Part shown: in pieces, positions 1 through 12,479 of the stretch | Layout of the letters: each line of letters starts with the position of its first letter | Position numbering within the stretch: the stretch's first letter is position 1 | DNA from: Eledone cirrhosa | Taxonomy: Eukaryota | Direction: 5' to 3' | Length of the DNA: 64,000 nt | NCBI GenBank assembly: GCA_964016885.1 | Contig: OZ024760.1 | Location: 33,170,001 to 33,234,000, forward strand | The notes under the pieces: generated by a model | Seen by the model: the letters and a program-made list of their open reading frames with translations, nothing else | The model's database searches: none | Told to the model about the DNA's origin: nothing | Program-made: the position numbers and the translations under genes

Positions 1-249
1 CCCAGTTATCTGGGGTACATCCCTTACCTCAACTTCACTATCAGTTAACTGAGGTAACATCCCTTACCTCAGCTTTACTACCAGTTAACTGAGGTAACAT
101 CCCTTAACTCAGCTTTACTACCAGTTAACTGAGGTAACACCCCTTATCTCAGCTTTACTCCCAGTTAACTGGGGTACATCCCTTACCTCAACTTTACTAC
201 CAGTTAACTTGGGTACATCCCTTATCTCAGCTTTACTACCAGTTAACCG

Positions 250-3200
250 AGGTAACACCCCTTATCTAGGCTTTACTCCCAGTTAACTGGGGTACATCCC
301 TTATCTCAGCTTTACTACCAGTTAACTTGGGTAACACCCCTTACCTCAGCTTTACTACCAGTTAACTGGGGTAACACCCCTTATCTCAGCTTTACTCCCA
401 GTTAACTGAGGTAACACCCCTTACCTCAACTTTACTACCAGTTAACTGAGGTAACACTCCTTATCTCAGCTTTACTACCAGGTAAGTAAGTGAGGTAACA
501 CCCCTTACCTCACTTTACTGCCAGTTAACTGAGGTAACACCCCTTATCTCAGCTTTACTACCAGTTAACTGAAGTAACACTCCTTACCTGAGCTTTACTA
601 CCAGTTAACTGAGGTAACACTCCTTATCTCAGCTTTACTACCAGTTAACTGAGGTAACACCCCTTATCTCAGCTTTACTCCCAGTTAACTGGGGTACATC
701 CCTTATCTCAACTTTACTACCAGTTAACTTGGGTACATCCCTTATCTCAGCTTTACTACCAGTGAACTGAGGTAACACTCCTTACCTGAGCTTTACTACC
801 AGTTAACTGAGGTAACATCCCTTATCTCAGCTTTACTACCAATTAACTGAGGTAACACTCCTTACCTGAGCTTTACTACCAGTTAACTGAGGTAACACTC
901 CTTATCTCAGCTTTACTACCAGTTAACTGAGGTAACACTCCTTATCTCAGCTTTACTACCAGTTAACTGAGGTAACACCCCTTATCTCAGCTTTACTCCC
1001 AGTTAACTGGGGTACATCCCTTATCTCAGCTTTACTACCAGTTAACTGAGGTAACACCCCTTATCTCAGCTTTACTACTAGTTAACTTGGGTAACACCCC
1101 TTACCTCAACTTTACTACCAGTTAATTGGGGTAACACCCCTTATCTCAGCTTTACTCCCAGTTAACTGAGGTAACACCCCTTACCTCAGCTTTACTACCA
1201 GTTAACTGAGGTAACACCCCTTATCTCAGCTTTACTACCAGTGAACTGAGGTAACACCTCTTATCTCAGCTTTACTACCAGTTAACTGAGGTAACACCCC
1301 TTACCTCAGTTTTACTACCAGTTAACTGATGTAACACTCCTTACCTGAGCTTTACTACCAGTTAACTTGGGTACATCCCTTATCTCAGCTTTACTAACAG
1401 TTAACTGAGGTAACACCCCTTATCTCAGCTTTACTAACAGTTAACTGAGGTAACACCCCTTACCTCAGTTTTACTACCAGTTAACTGATGTAACACCCCT
1501 TATCTCAGCTTTACTACCAGTGAACTGAGGTAACACCCCTTATCTCAGCTTTACTACCAGTTAACTGAGGTAACACTCCTTATCTCAGCTTTACTACCAG
1601 TTAACGGAGGTAACACCGCTTATCTCAGCTTTACTACCAGTTAACTGAGGTAACACCCCTTATCTCAGCTTTACTACCAGTTAACTGAGGTAACACCCCT
1701 TATCTCAGCTTTACTCCCAGTTAACTGGGGTGCATCCCTTACCCCAACTTTACTACCATTTAACTTGGGTACATCACTTATCTCAGCTTTACTACCAGTT
1801 AACTGAGGTAACACCCCTTATCTCAGCTTTACTCCCAGTTAACTGGGGTACATCCCTTACCTCAACTTTACTACCAGTTAACTTGGGTACATCTCTTATC
1901 TCAGCTTTACTACCAGTTAACTGAGGTAACACCCCTTATCTCAGCTTTACTCCCAGTTAACTGGGGTACATCCCTTATCTCAGCTTTACTACCAGTGAAC
2001 TGAGGTAACACTCCTTACCTGAGCTTTACTACCAGTTAACTGAGGTAACATCCCTTATCTCAGCTTTACTACCAATTAACTGAGGTAACACTCCTTACCT
2101 GAGCTTTACTACCAGTTAACTGAGGTAACACTCCTTATCTCAGCTTTACTACCAGTTAACTGAGGTAACACTCCTTATCTCAGCTTTACTACCAGTTAAC
2201 TGAGGTAACACCCCTTATCTCAGCTTTACTCCCAGTTAACTGGGGTACATCCCTTATCTCAGCTTTACTACCAGTTAACTGAGGTAACACCCCTTATCTC
2301 AGCTTTACTACTAGTTAACTTGGGTAACACCCCTTACCTCAACTTTACTACCAGTTAATTGGGGTAACACCCCTTATCTAGGCTTTACTCCCAGTTAACT
2401 GGGGTACATCCCTTATCTCAGCTTTACTACCAGTTAACTTGGGTAACACCCCTTACCTCAGCTTTACTACCAGTTAACTGGGGTAACACCCCTTATCTCA
2501 GCTTTACTCCCAGTTAACTGAGGTAACACCCCTTACCTCAGCTTTACTACCAGTTAACTGAGGTAACACTCCTTATCTCAGCTTTACTACCAGGTAAGTA
2601 AGTGAGGTAACACCCCTTACCTCAACTTTACTGCCAGTTAACTGAGGTAACACCCCTTATCTCAGCTTTACTACCAGTTAACTGAAGTAACACTCCTTAC
2701 CTGAGCTTTACTACCAGTTAACTGAGGTAACACTCCTTATCTCAGCTTTACTACCAGTTAACTGAGGTAACACCCCTTATCTCAGCTTTACTCCCAGTTA
2801 ACTGGGGTACATCCCTTATCTCAACTTTACTACCAGTTAACTTGGGTACATCCCTTATCTCAGCTTTACTACCAGTGAACTGAGGTAACACTCCTTACCT
2901 GAGCTTTACTACCAGTTAACTGAGGTAACATCCCTTATCTCAGCTTTACTACAAATTAACTGAGGTAACACTCCTTACCTGAGCTTTACTACCAGTTAAC
3001 TGAGGTAACACTCCTTATCTCAGCTTTACTACCAGTTAACTGAGGTAACACTCCTTATCTCAGCTTTACTACCAGTTAACTGAGGTGACACCCCTTATCT
3101 CAGCTTTACTCCCAGTTAACTGGGGTACATCCCTTATCTCAGCTTTACTACCAGTTAACTGAGGTAACACCCCTTATCTCAGCTTTACTACTAGTTAACT

Positions 3201-6200
3201 TGGGTAACACCCCTTACCTCAACTTTACTACCAGTTAATTGGGGTAACACCCCTTATCTCAGCTTTACTCCCAGTTAACTGAGGTAACACCCCTTACCTC
3301 AGCTTTACTACCAGTTAACTGAGGTGACACCCCTTATCTCAGCTTTACTCCCAGTTAACTGGGGTACATCCCTTATCTCAGCTTTACTACCAGTTAACTG
3401 AGGTAACACTCCTTATCTCAGCTTTACTACCAGGTAAGTGAAGTAACACCCCTTACCTCAGCTTTACTACCAGTTAACTGAGGTAACACCCCTTATCTCA
3501 GCTTTACTACCAGTTAACTGATGTAACACTCCTTACCTGAGCTTTACTACCAGTTAACTTGGGTACATCCCTTATCTCAGCTTTACTAACAGTTAACTGA
3601 GGTAACACCCCTTATCTCAGCTTTACTAACAGTTAACTGAGGTAACACCCCTTACCTCAGTTTTACTACCAGTTAACTGATGTAACACCCCTTATCTCAG
3701 CTTTACTACCAGTGAACTGAGGTAACACCCCTTATCTCAGCTTTACTCCCAGTTAACTGAGGTAACACCCCTTACCTCAGTTTTACTACCAGTTAACTGA
3801 TGTAACACTCCTTACCTGAGCTTTACTACCAGTTAACTTGGGTACATCCCTTATCTCAGCTTTACTAACAGTTAACTGAGGTAACACCCCTTATCTCAGC
3901 TTTACTAACAGTTAACTGAGGTAACACCCCTTACCTCAGTTTTACTACCAGTTAACTGATGTAACACCCCTTATCTCAGCTTTACTACCAGTGAACTGAG
4001 GTAACACCCCTTATCTCAGCTTTACTACCAGTTAACTGAGGTAACACTCCTTATCTCAGCTTTACTACCAGTTAACGGAGGTAACACCGCTTATCTCAGC
4101 TTTACTACCAGTTAACTGAGGTAACACCCCTTATCTCAGCTTTACTACCAGTTAACTGAGGTAACACCCCTTATCTCAGCTTTACTCCCAGTTAACTGGG
4201 GTGCATCCCTTACCCCAACTTTACTACCATTTAACTTGGGTACATCACTTATCTCAGCCTTACTACCAGTTAACTGAGGTAACACCCCTTATCTCAGCTT
4301 TACTCCCAGTTAACTGGGGTACATCCCTTACCTCAACTTTACTACCAGTTAACTTGGGTACATCTCTTATCTCAGCTTTACTACCAGTTAACTGAGGTAA
4401 CACCCCTTATCTCAGCTTTACTCCCAGTTAACTGGGGTACATCCCTTATCTCAGCTTTACTACCAGTGAACTGAGGTAACACTCCTTACCTGAGCTTTAC
4501 TACCAGTTAACTGAGGTAACATCCCTTATCTCAGCTTTACTACCAATTAACTGAGGTAACACTCCTTACCTGAGCTTTACTACCAGTTAACTGAGGTAAC
4601 ACTCCTTATCTCAGCTTTACTACCAGTTAACTGAGGTAACACTCCTTATCTCAGCTTTACTACCAGTTAACTGAGGTAACACCCCTTATCTCAGCTTTAC
4701 TCCCAGTTAACTGGGGTACATCCCTTATCTCAGCTTTACTACCAGTTAACTGAGGTAACACCCCTTATCTCAGCTTTACTACTAGTTAACTTGGGTAACA
4801 CCCCTTACCTCAACTTTACTACCAGTTAATTGGGGTAACACCCCTTATCTAGGCTTTACTCCCAGTTAACTGGGGTACATCCCTTATCTCAGCTTTACTA
4901 CCAGTTAACTTGGGTAACACCCCTTACCTCAGCTTTACTACCAGTTAACTGGGGTAACACCCCTTATCTCAGCTTTACTCCCAGTTAACTGAGGTAACAC
5001 CCCTTACCTCAGCTTTACTACCAGTTAACTGAGGTAACACTCCTTATCTCAGCTTTACTACCAGGTAAGTAAGTGAGGTAACACCCCTTACCTCAACTTT
5101 ACTGCCAGTTAACTGAGGTAACACCCTTTATCTCAGCTTTACTACCAGTTAACTGAAGTACACTCCTTACCTGAGCTTTACTACCAGTTAACTGAGGTAA
5201 CACTCCTTATCTCAGCTTTACTACCAGTTAACTGAGGTAACACCCCTTATCTCAGCTTTACTCCCAGTTAACTGGGGTACATCCCTTATCTCAACTTTAC
5301 TACCAGTTAACTTGGGTACATCCCTTATCTCAGCTTTACTACCAGTGAACTGAGGTAACACTCCTTACCTGAGCTTTACTACCAGTTAACTGAGGTAACA
5401 TCCCTTATCTCAGCTTTACTACCAATTAACTGAGGTAACACTCCTTACCTGAGCTTTACTACCAGTTAACTGAGGTAACACTCCTTATCTCAGCTTTACT
5501 ACCAGTTAACTGAGGTAACACTCCTTATCTCAGCTTTACTACCAGTTAACTGAGGTAACACCCCTTATCTCAGCTTTACTCCCAGTTAACTGGGGTACAT
5601 CCCTTATCTCAGCTTTACTACCAGTTAACTGAGGTAACACCCCTTATCTCAGCTTTACTACTAGTTAACTTGGGTAACACCCCTTACCTCAACTTTACTA
5701 CCAGTTAATTGGGGTAACACCCCTTATCTCAGCTTTACTCCCAGTTAACTGAGGTAACACCCCTTACCTCAGCTTTACTACCAGTTAACTGAGGTAACAC
5801 TCCTTATCTCAGCTTTACTACCAGGTAAGTGAGGTAACACCCCTTACCTCAGCTTTACTACCAGTTAACTGAGATAACACCCCTTATCTCAGCTTTACTA
5901 CCAGTTAACTGATGTAACACTCCTTACCTGAGCTTTACTACCAGTTAACTTGGGTACATCCCTTATCTCAGCTTTACTAACAGTTAACTGAGGTAACACC
6001 CCTTATCTCAGCTTTACTAACAGTTAACTGAGGTAACACCCCTTACCTCAGTTTTACTACCAGTTAACTGATGTAACACCCCTTATCTCAGCTTTACTAC
6101 CAGTGAACTGAGGTAACACCCCTTATCTCAGCTTTACTACCAGTTAACTGAGGTAACACCCCTTACCTCAGTTTTACTACCAGTTAACTGATGTAACACT

Positions 6201-6700
6201 CCTTACCTGAGCTTTACTACCAGTTAACTTGGGTACATCCCTTATCTCAGCTTTACTAACAGTTAACTGAGGTAACACACCTTATCTCAGCTTTACTAAC
6301 AGTTAACTGAGGTAACACCCCTTACCTCAGTTTTACTACCAGTTAACTGATGTAACACCCCTTATCTCAGCTTTACTACCAGTGAACTGAGGTAACACCC
6401 CTTATCTCAGCTTTACTACCAGTTAACTGAGGTAACACTCCTTATCTCAGCTTTACTACCAGTTAACGGAGGTAACACCGCTTATCTCAGCTTTACTACC
6501 AGTTAACTGAGGTAACACCCCTTATCTCAGCTTTACTACCAGTTAACTGAGGTAACACCCCTTATCTCAGCTTTACTCCCAGTTAACTGGGGTGCATCCC
6601 TTACCCCAACTTTACTACCATTTAACTTGGGTACATCTCTTATCTCAGCTTTACTACCAGTTAACTGAGGTAACACCCCTTATCTCAGCTTTACTCCCAG
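250..6700 (+). repeat. Three-copy higher-order repeat, unit ~2.1-2.5 kb
   Basis: CTAGGC at 266/2378/4849; CAGGTAAGTAAG at 479/2591/5062; CGGAGGTAACACCGC at 1605/4076/6467 (offsets 2112, 2471, 2391). Confidence 0.88.
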
Positions 6701-8950
6701 TTAACTGGGGTACATCCCTTATCTCAGCTTTACTACCAGTTAACTGAGGTAACACCTCTTATCTCAGCTTTACTCCCAGTTATCTGGGGTACATCCCTTA
6801 CCTCAGCTTTACTATCAGTTAACTGAGGTAACATCCCTAATCTCAGCTTTACTACCAGTTAACTGAGGTAACACCCCTTATCTCAGCTTTACTCCCAGTT
6901 AACTGGGGTACATTTCCTTACCTCAACCTTACTACCAGTTAACTTGGGTACAGCCCTTATCTCAGATTTACTACCAGTTAACTGAGGTAACACCCCTTAC
7001 CTCAGCTTTACTACCAGTTAACTGGGGTAACACCCCTTATCTCAGCTTTACTCCCAGTTAACTGAGGTAACACGCCTTACCTCAGCTTTACTACCAGTTA
7101 ACTGAGGTGACACTCCTTATCTCAGCTTTACTACCAGGTAAGTGAGGTAACACCCCTTACCTCGGCTTTACTACCAGTTAACTGAGGTAACACCCCTTAT
7201 CTCAGCTTTACTACCAGTTAACTGAGGTAACACTTCTTATCTCAGCTTTACTACCAGTGAACTGAGGTAACATCCCTTATCTCAGCTTTACTCCCAGTTA
7301 ACTGAGGTAACACCCCTTACCTCAGCTTTACTACCAGTTAACTGAGGTAACACTCCTTATCTCAGCTTTACTACCAGGTAAGTGAGGTACCACCCCTTAC
7401 CTCAGCTTTACTACCAGTTAACTGAGGTAACATCCCTTATCTCAGCTTTACTACCAGTTAACTGAGGTAACACCCCATATCTCAGCTTTACTCCCAGTTA
7501 ACTGGGGTGCATCCCTTACCTCAACTTTACTACCAGTTAACTTGGGTAACACCCCTTATATCAGCTTTACTCCCAGTTAACTGGGGTACATCCCTTACCT
7601 CAACTTTACTACCAGTTAACTTGGGTACATCCCTTATCTCAGCTTTACTACCATTTAACTGAGGTAACACCCCTTATCTCAGCTTTACTCCCAGTTAACT
7701 GGGGTACATCCCTTATCTCAGCTTTACTAGCAGTTAACTGAGGTAACACCTCTTATCTCAGCTTTACTCCCAGTTATCTGGGGTACATCCCTTATCTCAG
7801 CTTTACTACCAGTTAACTGAGGTAACACCCCTTATCTCAGCTTTACTCCCAGTTAACTGGGGTACATCCCTTATCTCAGCTTTACTACCAGTTAACTGAG
7901 GTAACACCTCTTATCTCAGCTTTACTCCCAGTTATCTGGGGTACATCCCTTACCTCAGCTTTACTATCAGTTAACTGAGGTAACATCCCTAATCTCAGCT
8001 TTACTACCAGTTAACTGAGGTAACACCCCTTATCTCAGCTTTACTCCCAGTTAACTGGGGTACATTTCCTTACCTCAACCTTACTACCAGTTAACTTGGG
8101 TACAGCCCTTATCTCAGATTTACTACCAGTTAACTGAGGTAACACCCCTTACCTCAGCTTTACTACCAGTTAACTGGGGTAACACCCCTTATCTCAGCTT
8201 TACTCCCAGTTAACTGAGGTAACACGCCTTACCTCAGCTTTACTACCAGTTAACTGAGGTGACACTCCTTATCTCAGCTTTACTACCAGGTAAGTGATGT
8301 AACACCCCTTACCTCGGCTTTACTACCAGTTAACTGAGGTAACACCCCTTATCTCAGCTTTACTACCAGTTAACTGAGGTAACACTTCTTATCTCAGCTT
8401 TACTACCAGTGAACTGAGGTAACATCCCTTATCTCAGCTTTACTCCCAGTTAACTGAGGTAACACCCCTTACCTCAGCTTTACTACCAGTTAACTGAGGT
8501 AACACTCCTTATCTCAGCTTTACTACCAGTTAAGTGAGGTACCACCCCTTACCTCAGCTTTACTACCAGTTAACTGAGGTAACATCCCTTATCTCAGCTT
8601 TACTACCAGTTAACTGAGGTAACACCCCATATCTCAGCTTTACTCCCAGTTAACTGGGGTGCATCCCTTACCTCAACTTTACTACCAGTTAACTTGGGTA
8701 ACACCCCTTATATCAGCTTTACTCCCAGTTAACTGGGGTACATCCCTTACCTCAACTTTACTACCAGTTAACTTGGGTACATCCCTTATCTCAGCTTTAC
8801 TACCATTTAACTGAGGTAACACCCCTTATCTCAGCTTTACTCCCAGTTAACTGGGGTACATCCCTTATCTCAGCTTTACTAGCAGTTAACTGAGGTAATA
8901 CCTCTTATCTCAGCTTTACTCCCAGTTATCTGGGGTACATCCCTTATCTC
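6640..8950 (+). repeat. Tandem duplication, 1152-bp unit (about 29 monomers), 2 copies
   Basis: CAGCCCTTATCTCAGATTT at 6951/8103; CACGCC at 7071/8223; TACTAGCAG also present in both copies. Confidence 0.88.
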
Positions 8951-11900
8951 AGCTTTACTACCAGTTAACTGAGGTAACACCCCTTATCTCAGCTTTACTC
9001 CCAGTTAACTGGGGTACATCCCTTACCTCAACTTTACTACCAGTTAACTTGGGTACATCCCTTATCTCAGCTTTACTACCAGTTAACTGAGGTAACACCC
9101 CTTATCTCAGCTTTACTCCCAGTTAACTGGGGTACATCCCTTATCTCAGCTTTACTACCAGTTAACTGAGGTAACTTCCCTAATCTCAGCTTTACTACCA
9201 GTTAACTGAGGTAACACCCCTTATCTCAGCTTTACTACCAGTTAACTGAGGTAACATCCCTTATCTCAGCTTTACTACCAGTTAACTGAGGTAATTCCTT
9301 ATCTCAGCTTTACTACCAGTTAACTGAGGTAACACCCCTTATCTCAGCTTTACTACCAGTTAACTGAGGTAACACCCCTTATCTCAGCTTTACTACCAGT
9401 TAACTGAGGTAACACCCCTTATCTCAGCTTTAATACCAGTGAACTGAGGTAACACCCCTTATCTCAGCTTTACTACCAGTTAACTGAGGTAACATACTTA
9501 CCTCAATTTACTACCAGTTAACTGAGGTAACACCCCTTATCTCAGCTTTAATACCAGTGAACTGAGGTAACACCCCTTACCTCAGCTTTACTATCAGTTA
9601 ACTGAGGTAACATCCCTTTTCTCAACTTTACCACCAGTTAACTGAGGTAACATCCCTTACCCCAGCTTTACTACCAGTTAACTGAGGTAACACCCCTTAT
9701 CTCAGCTTTACTACCAGTTAACTGAGGTAACATCCCTTATCTCAGCTTTACTACCAGTTAACTGAGGTAACACCCCTTACCTCAGCTTTACTACCAGTTA
9801 ACTGGGGTAACATCCCTTTTCTCAACTTTACCACCAGTTAACTGAGGTAACATCCCTTACCCCAGCTTTACTACCAGTTAACTGAGGTAACACCCCTTAT
9901 CTCAGCTTTACTACCAGTGAACTGAGGTAACACTCCTTATCTCAGCTTTGCTACCAGTTAACTGAGGTAACACCCCTTATCTCAGCTTTACTCCCAGTTA
10001 ACTGGGGTGCATCCCTTACCTCAACTTTACTACCAGTTAACTTGGGTAACACCCCTTATCTCAGCTTTACTCCCAGTTAACTGGGGTACATCCCTTACCT
10101 CAACTTTACTACCAGTTAACTTGGGTACATCCCTTATCTCAGCTTTACTACCAGTTAACTGAGGTAACACCCCATATCTCAGCTTTACTCCCAGTTAACT
10201 GGGGTGCATCCCTTACCTCAACTTTACTACCAGTTAACTTGGGTACATCCCTTATCTCAGCTTTACTACCATTTAACTGAGGTAACACCCCTTATCTCAG
10301 CTTTACTCCCAGTTAACTGGGGTACATCCCTTATCTCAGCTTTACTACCAGTTAACTGAGTTAACACCTCTTATCTCAGCTTTACTCCCAGTTATCTGGG
10401 GTACATCCCTTATCTCAGCTTTACTACCAGTTAACTGAGGTAACACCCCTTATCTCAGCTTTACTCCCAGTTAACTGGGGTACATCCCTTACCTCAACTT
10501 TACTACCAGTTAACTTGGGTACATCCCTTATCTCAGCTTTACTACCAGTTAACTGAGGTAACACCCCTTATCTCAGCTTTACTCCCAGTTAACTGGGGTA
10601 CATCCCTTATCTCAGCTTTACTACCAGTTAACTGAGGTAACTTCCCTAATCTCAGCTTTACTACCAGTTAACTGAGGTAACACCCCTTATCTCAGCTTTA
10701 CTACCAGTTAACTGAGGTAACATACTTACCTCAATTTACTACCAGTTAACTGAGGTAACACCCCTTATCTCAGCTTTAATACCAGTGAACTGAGGTAACA
10801 CCCCTTATCTCAGCTTTACTACCAGTTAACTGAGGTAACATACTTACCTCAATTTACTACCAGTTAACTGAGGTAACACCCCTTATCTCAGCTTTAATAC
10901 CAGTGAACTGAGGTAACACCCCTTACCTCAGCTTTACTATCAGTTAACTGAGGTAACATCCCTTTTCTCAACTTTACCACCAGTTAACTGAGGTAACATC
11001 CCTTACCCCAGCTTTACTACCAGTTAACTGAGGTAACACCCCTTATCTCAGCTTTACTACCAGTTAACTGAGGTAACATCCCTTATCTCAGCTTTACTAC
11101 CAGTTAACTGAGGTAACATCCCTTATCTCAGCTTTACTACCAGTTAACTGAGGTAACACCCCTTACCTCAGCTTTACTACCAGTTAACTGAGGTAACATC
11201 CCTTTTCTCAACTTTACCACCAGTTAACTGAGGTAACATCCCTTACCCCAGCTTTACTACCAGTTAACTGAGGTAACACCCCTTATCTCAGCTTTACTAC
11301 CAGTGAACTGAGGTAACACTCCTTATCTCAGCTTTGCTACCAGTTAACTGAGGTAACACCCCTTATCTCAGCTTTACTCCCAGTTAACTGGGGTGCATCC
11401 CTTACCTCAACTTTACTACCAGTTAACTTGGGTAACACCCCTTATCTCAGCTTTACTATCATTTAACTGAGGTAACACCCCTTATCTCAGCTTTACTCCC
11501 AGTTAACTGGGGTACATCCCTTATCTCAGCTTTACTACCAGTTAACTGAGTTAACACCTCTTATCTCAGCTTTACTCCCAGTTATCTGGGGTACATCCCT
11601 TATCTCAGCTTTACTCCCAGTTAACTGAGGTAACACCCCTTATCTCAGCTTTACTCCCAGTTAACTGGGGTACATCCCTTACCTCAACTTTACTACCAGT
11701 TAACTTGGGTACATCCCTTATCTCAGCTTTACTACCAGTTAACTGAGGTAACACCCCTTATCTCAGCTTTACTCCCAGTTAACTGGGGTACATCCCTTAT
11801 CTCAGCTTTACTACCAGTTAACTGAGGTAACTTCCCTAATCTCAGCTTTACTACCAGTTAACTGAGGTAACACCCCTTATCTCAGCTTTACTACCAGTTA
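8950..11900 (+). repeat. Imperfect tandem duplication, ~1.2-1.5 kb unit
   Basis: CTTCCCTAAT at 9175/10641/11831; GAGTTAACACCTC at 10358/11548; paired CCTTTTCTCAACTTTACCACC markers in each copy. Confidence 0.75.
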
Positions 11901-12479
11901 ACTGAGGTAACACTTCTTATCTCAGCTTTACTACCAGTGAACTGAGGTAACACCCCTTATCTCAGCTTTACTACCAGTTAACTGAGGTAACACACCTTAT
12001 CTCAGCTTTACTACCAGTTAACTGAGGTAACACACCTTATCTCAGCTTTACTACCAGTTAACTGAGGTAACACTCCTTATCTCAGCTTTACTACCAGTTA
12101 ACTTGGGTACATCCCTTATCTCAGCATTACTACCAGTGAACTGAGGTAAAACTCCTTATCTCAGCTTTACTGCCAGTTAACTGAGGTAACACTCCTTATC
12201 TCAGCTTTACTACCAGTTAACTGAGGTAACACTCCTTATCTCAGCTTGCTACCAATTAACTGAGGTAACACTCTTTATCTCAGCTTTACTACCAGTTAAC
12301 TGGGGTGCATCCCTTATCTCAGCTTTACTACCAGTTAACTGAGGTAACATCCCTAATCTCAGCTTTACCACCAGTTAACTGAGGTAACACCCCTTATCTC
12401 AGCTTTACTCCCAGTTAACTGGGGTACATTTCCTTACCTCAACTTTACTACCAGTTAACTTGGGTACATCCCTTATCTC

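Noticed and set aside
121-160. Rho-independent terminator or integron attC (hairpin plus TTT; GTT/AAC motifs)
   Set aside because: The T tract is only 3 nt, there are no upstream genes or cassettes, and the attC box arrangement is absent.
755-770. Iron-responsive-element-like CAGTGA loop in GTGAAC variants
   Set aside because: The flanks (ACTAC / ACTGA) do not form the required 5-bp upper stem.
1730-1924. 64-aa ORF, also at 4201, 15376 and 22415
   Set aside because: It is a translation of the satellite with a GTG start. Interspersed 39-bp monomers happen to avoid the TAA/TGA stops. The four copies reflect block duplications, and there is no other coding evidence.
9494-9503. U1 snRNA gene or pseudogene
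   Set aside because: Only 10 nt match, and the satellite continues on both sides.
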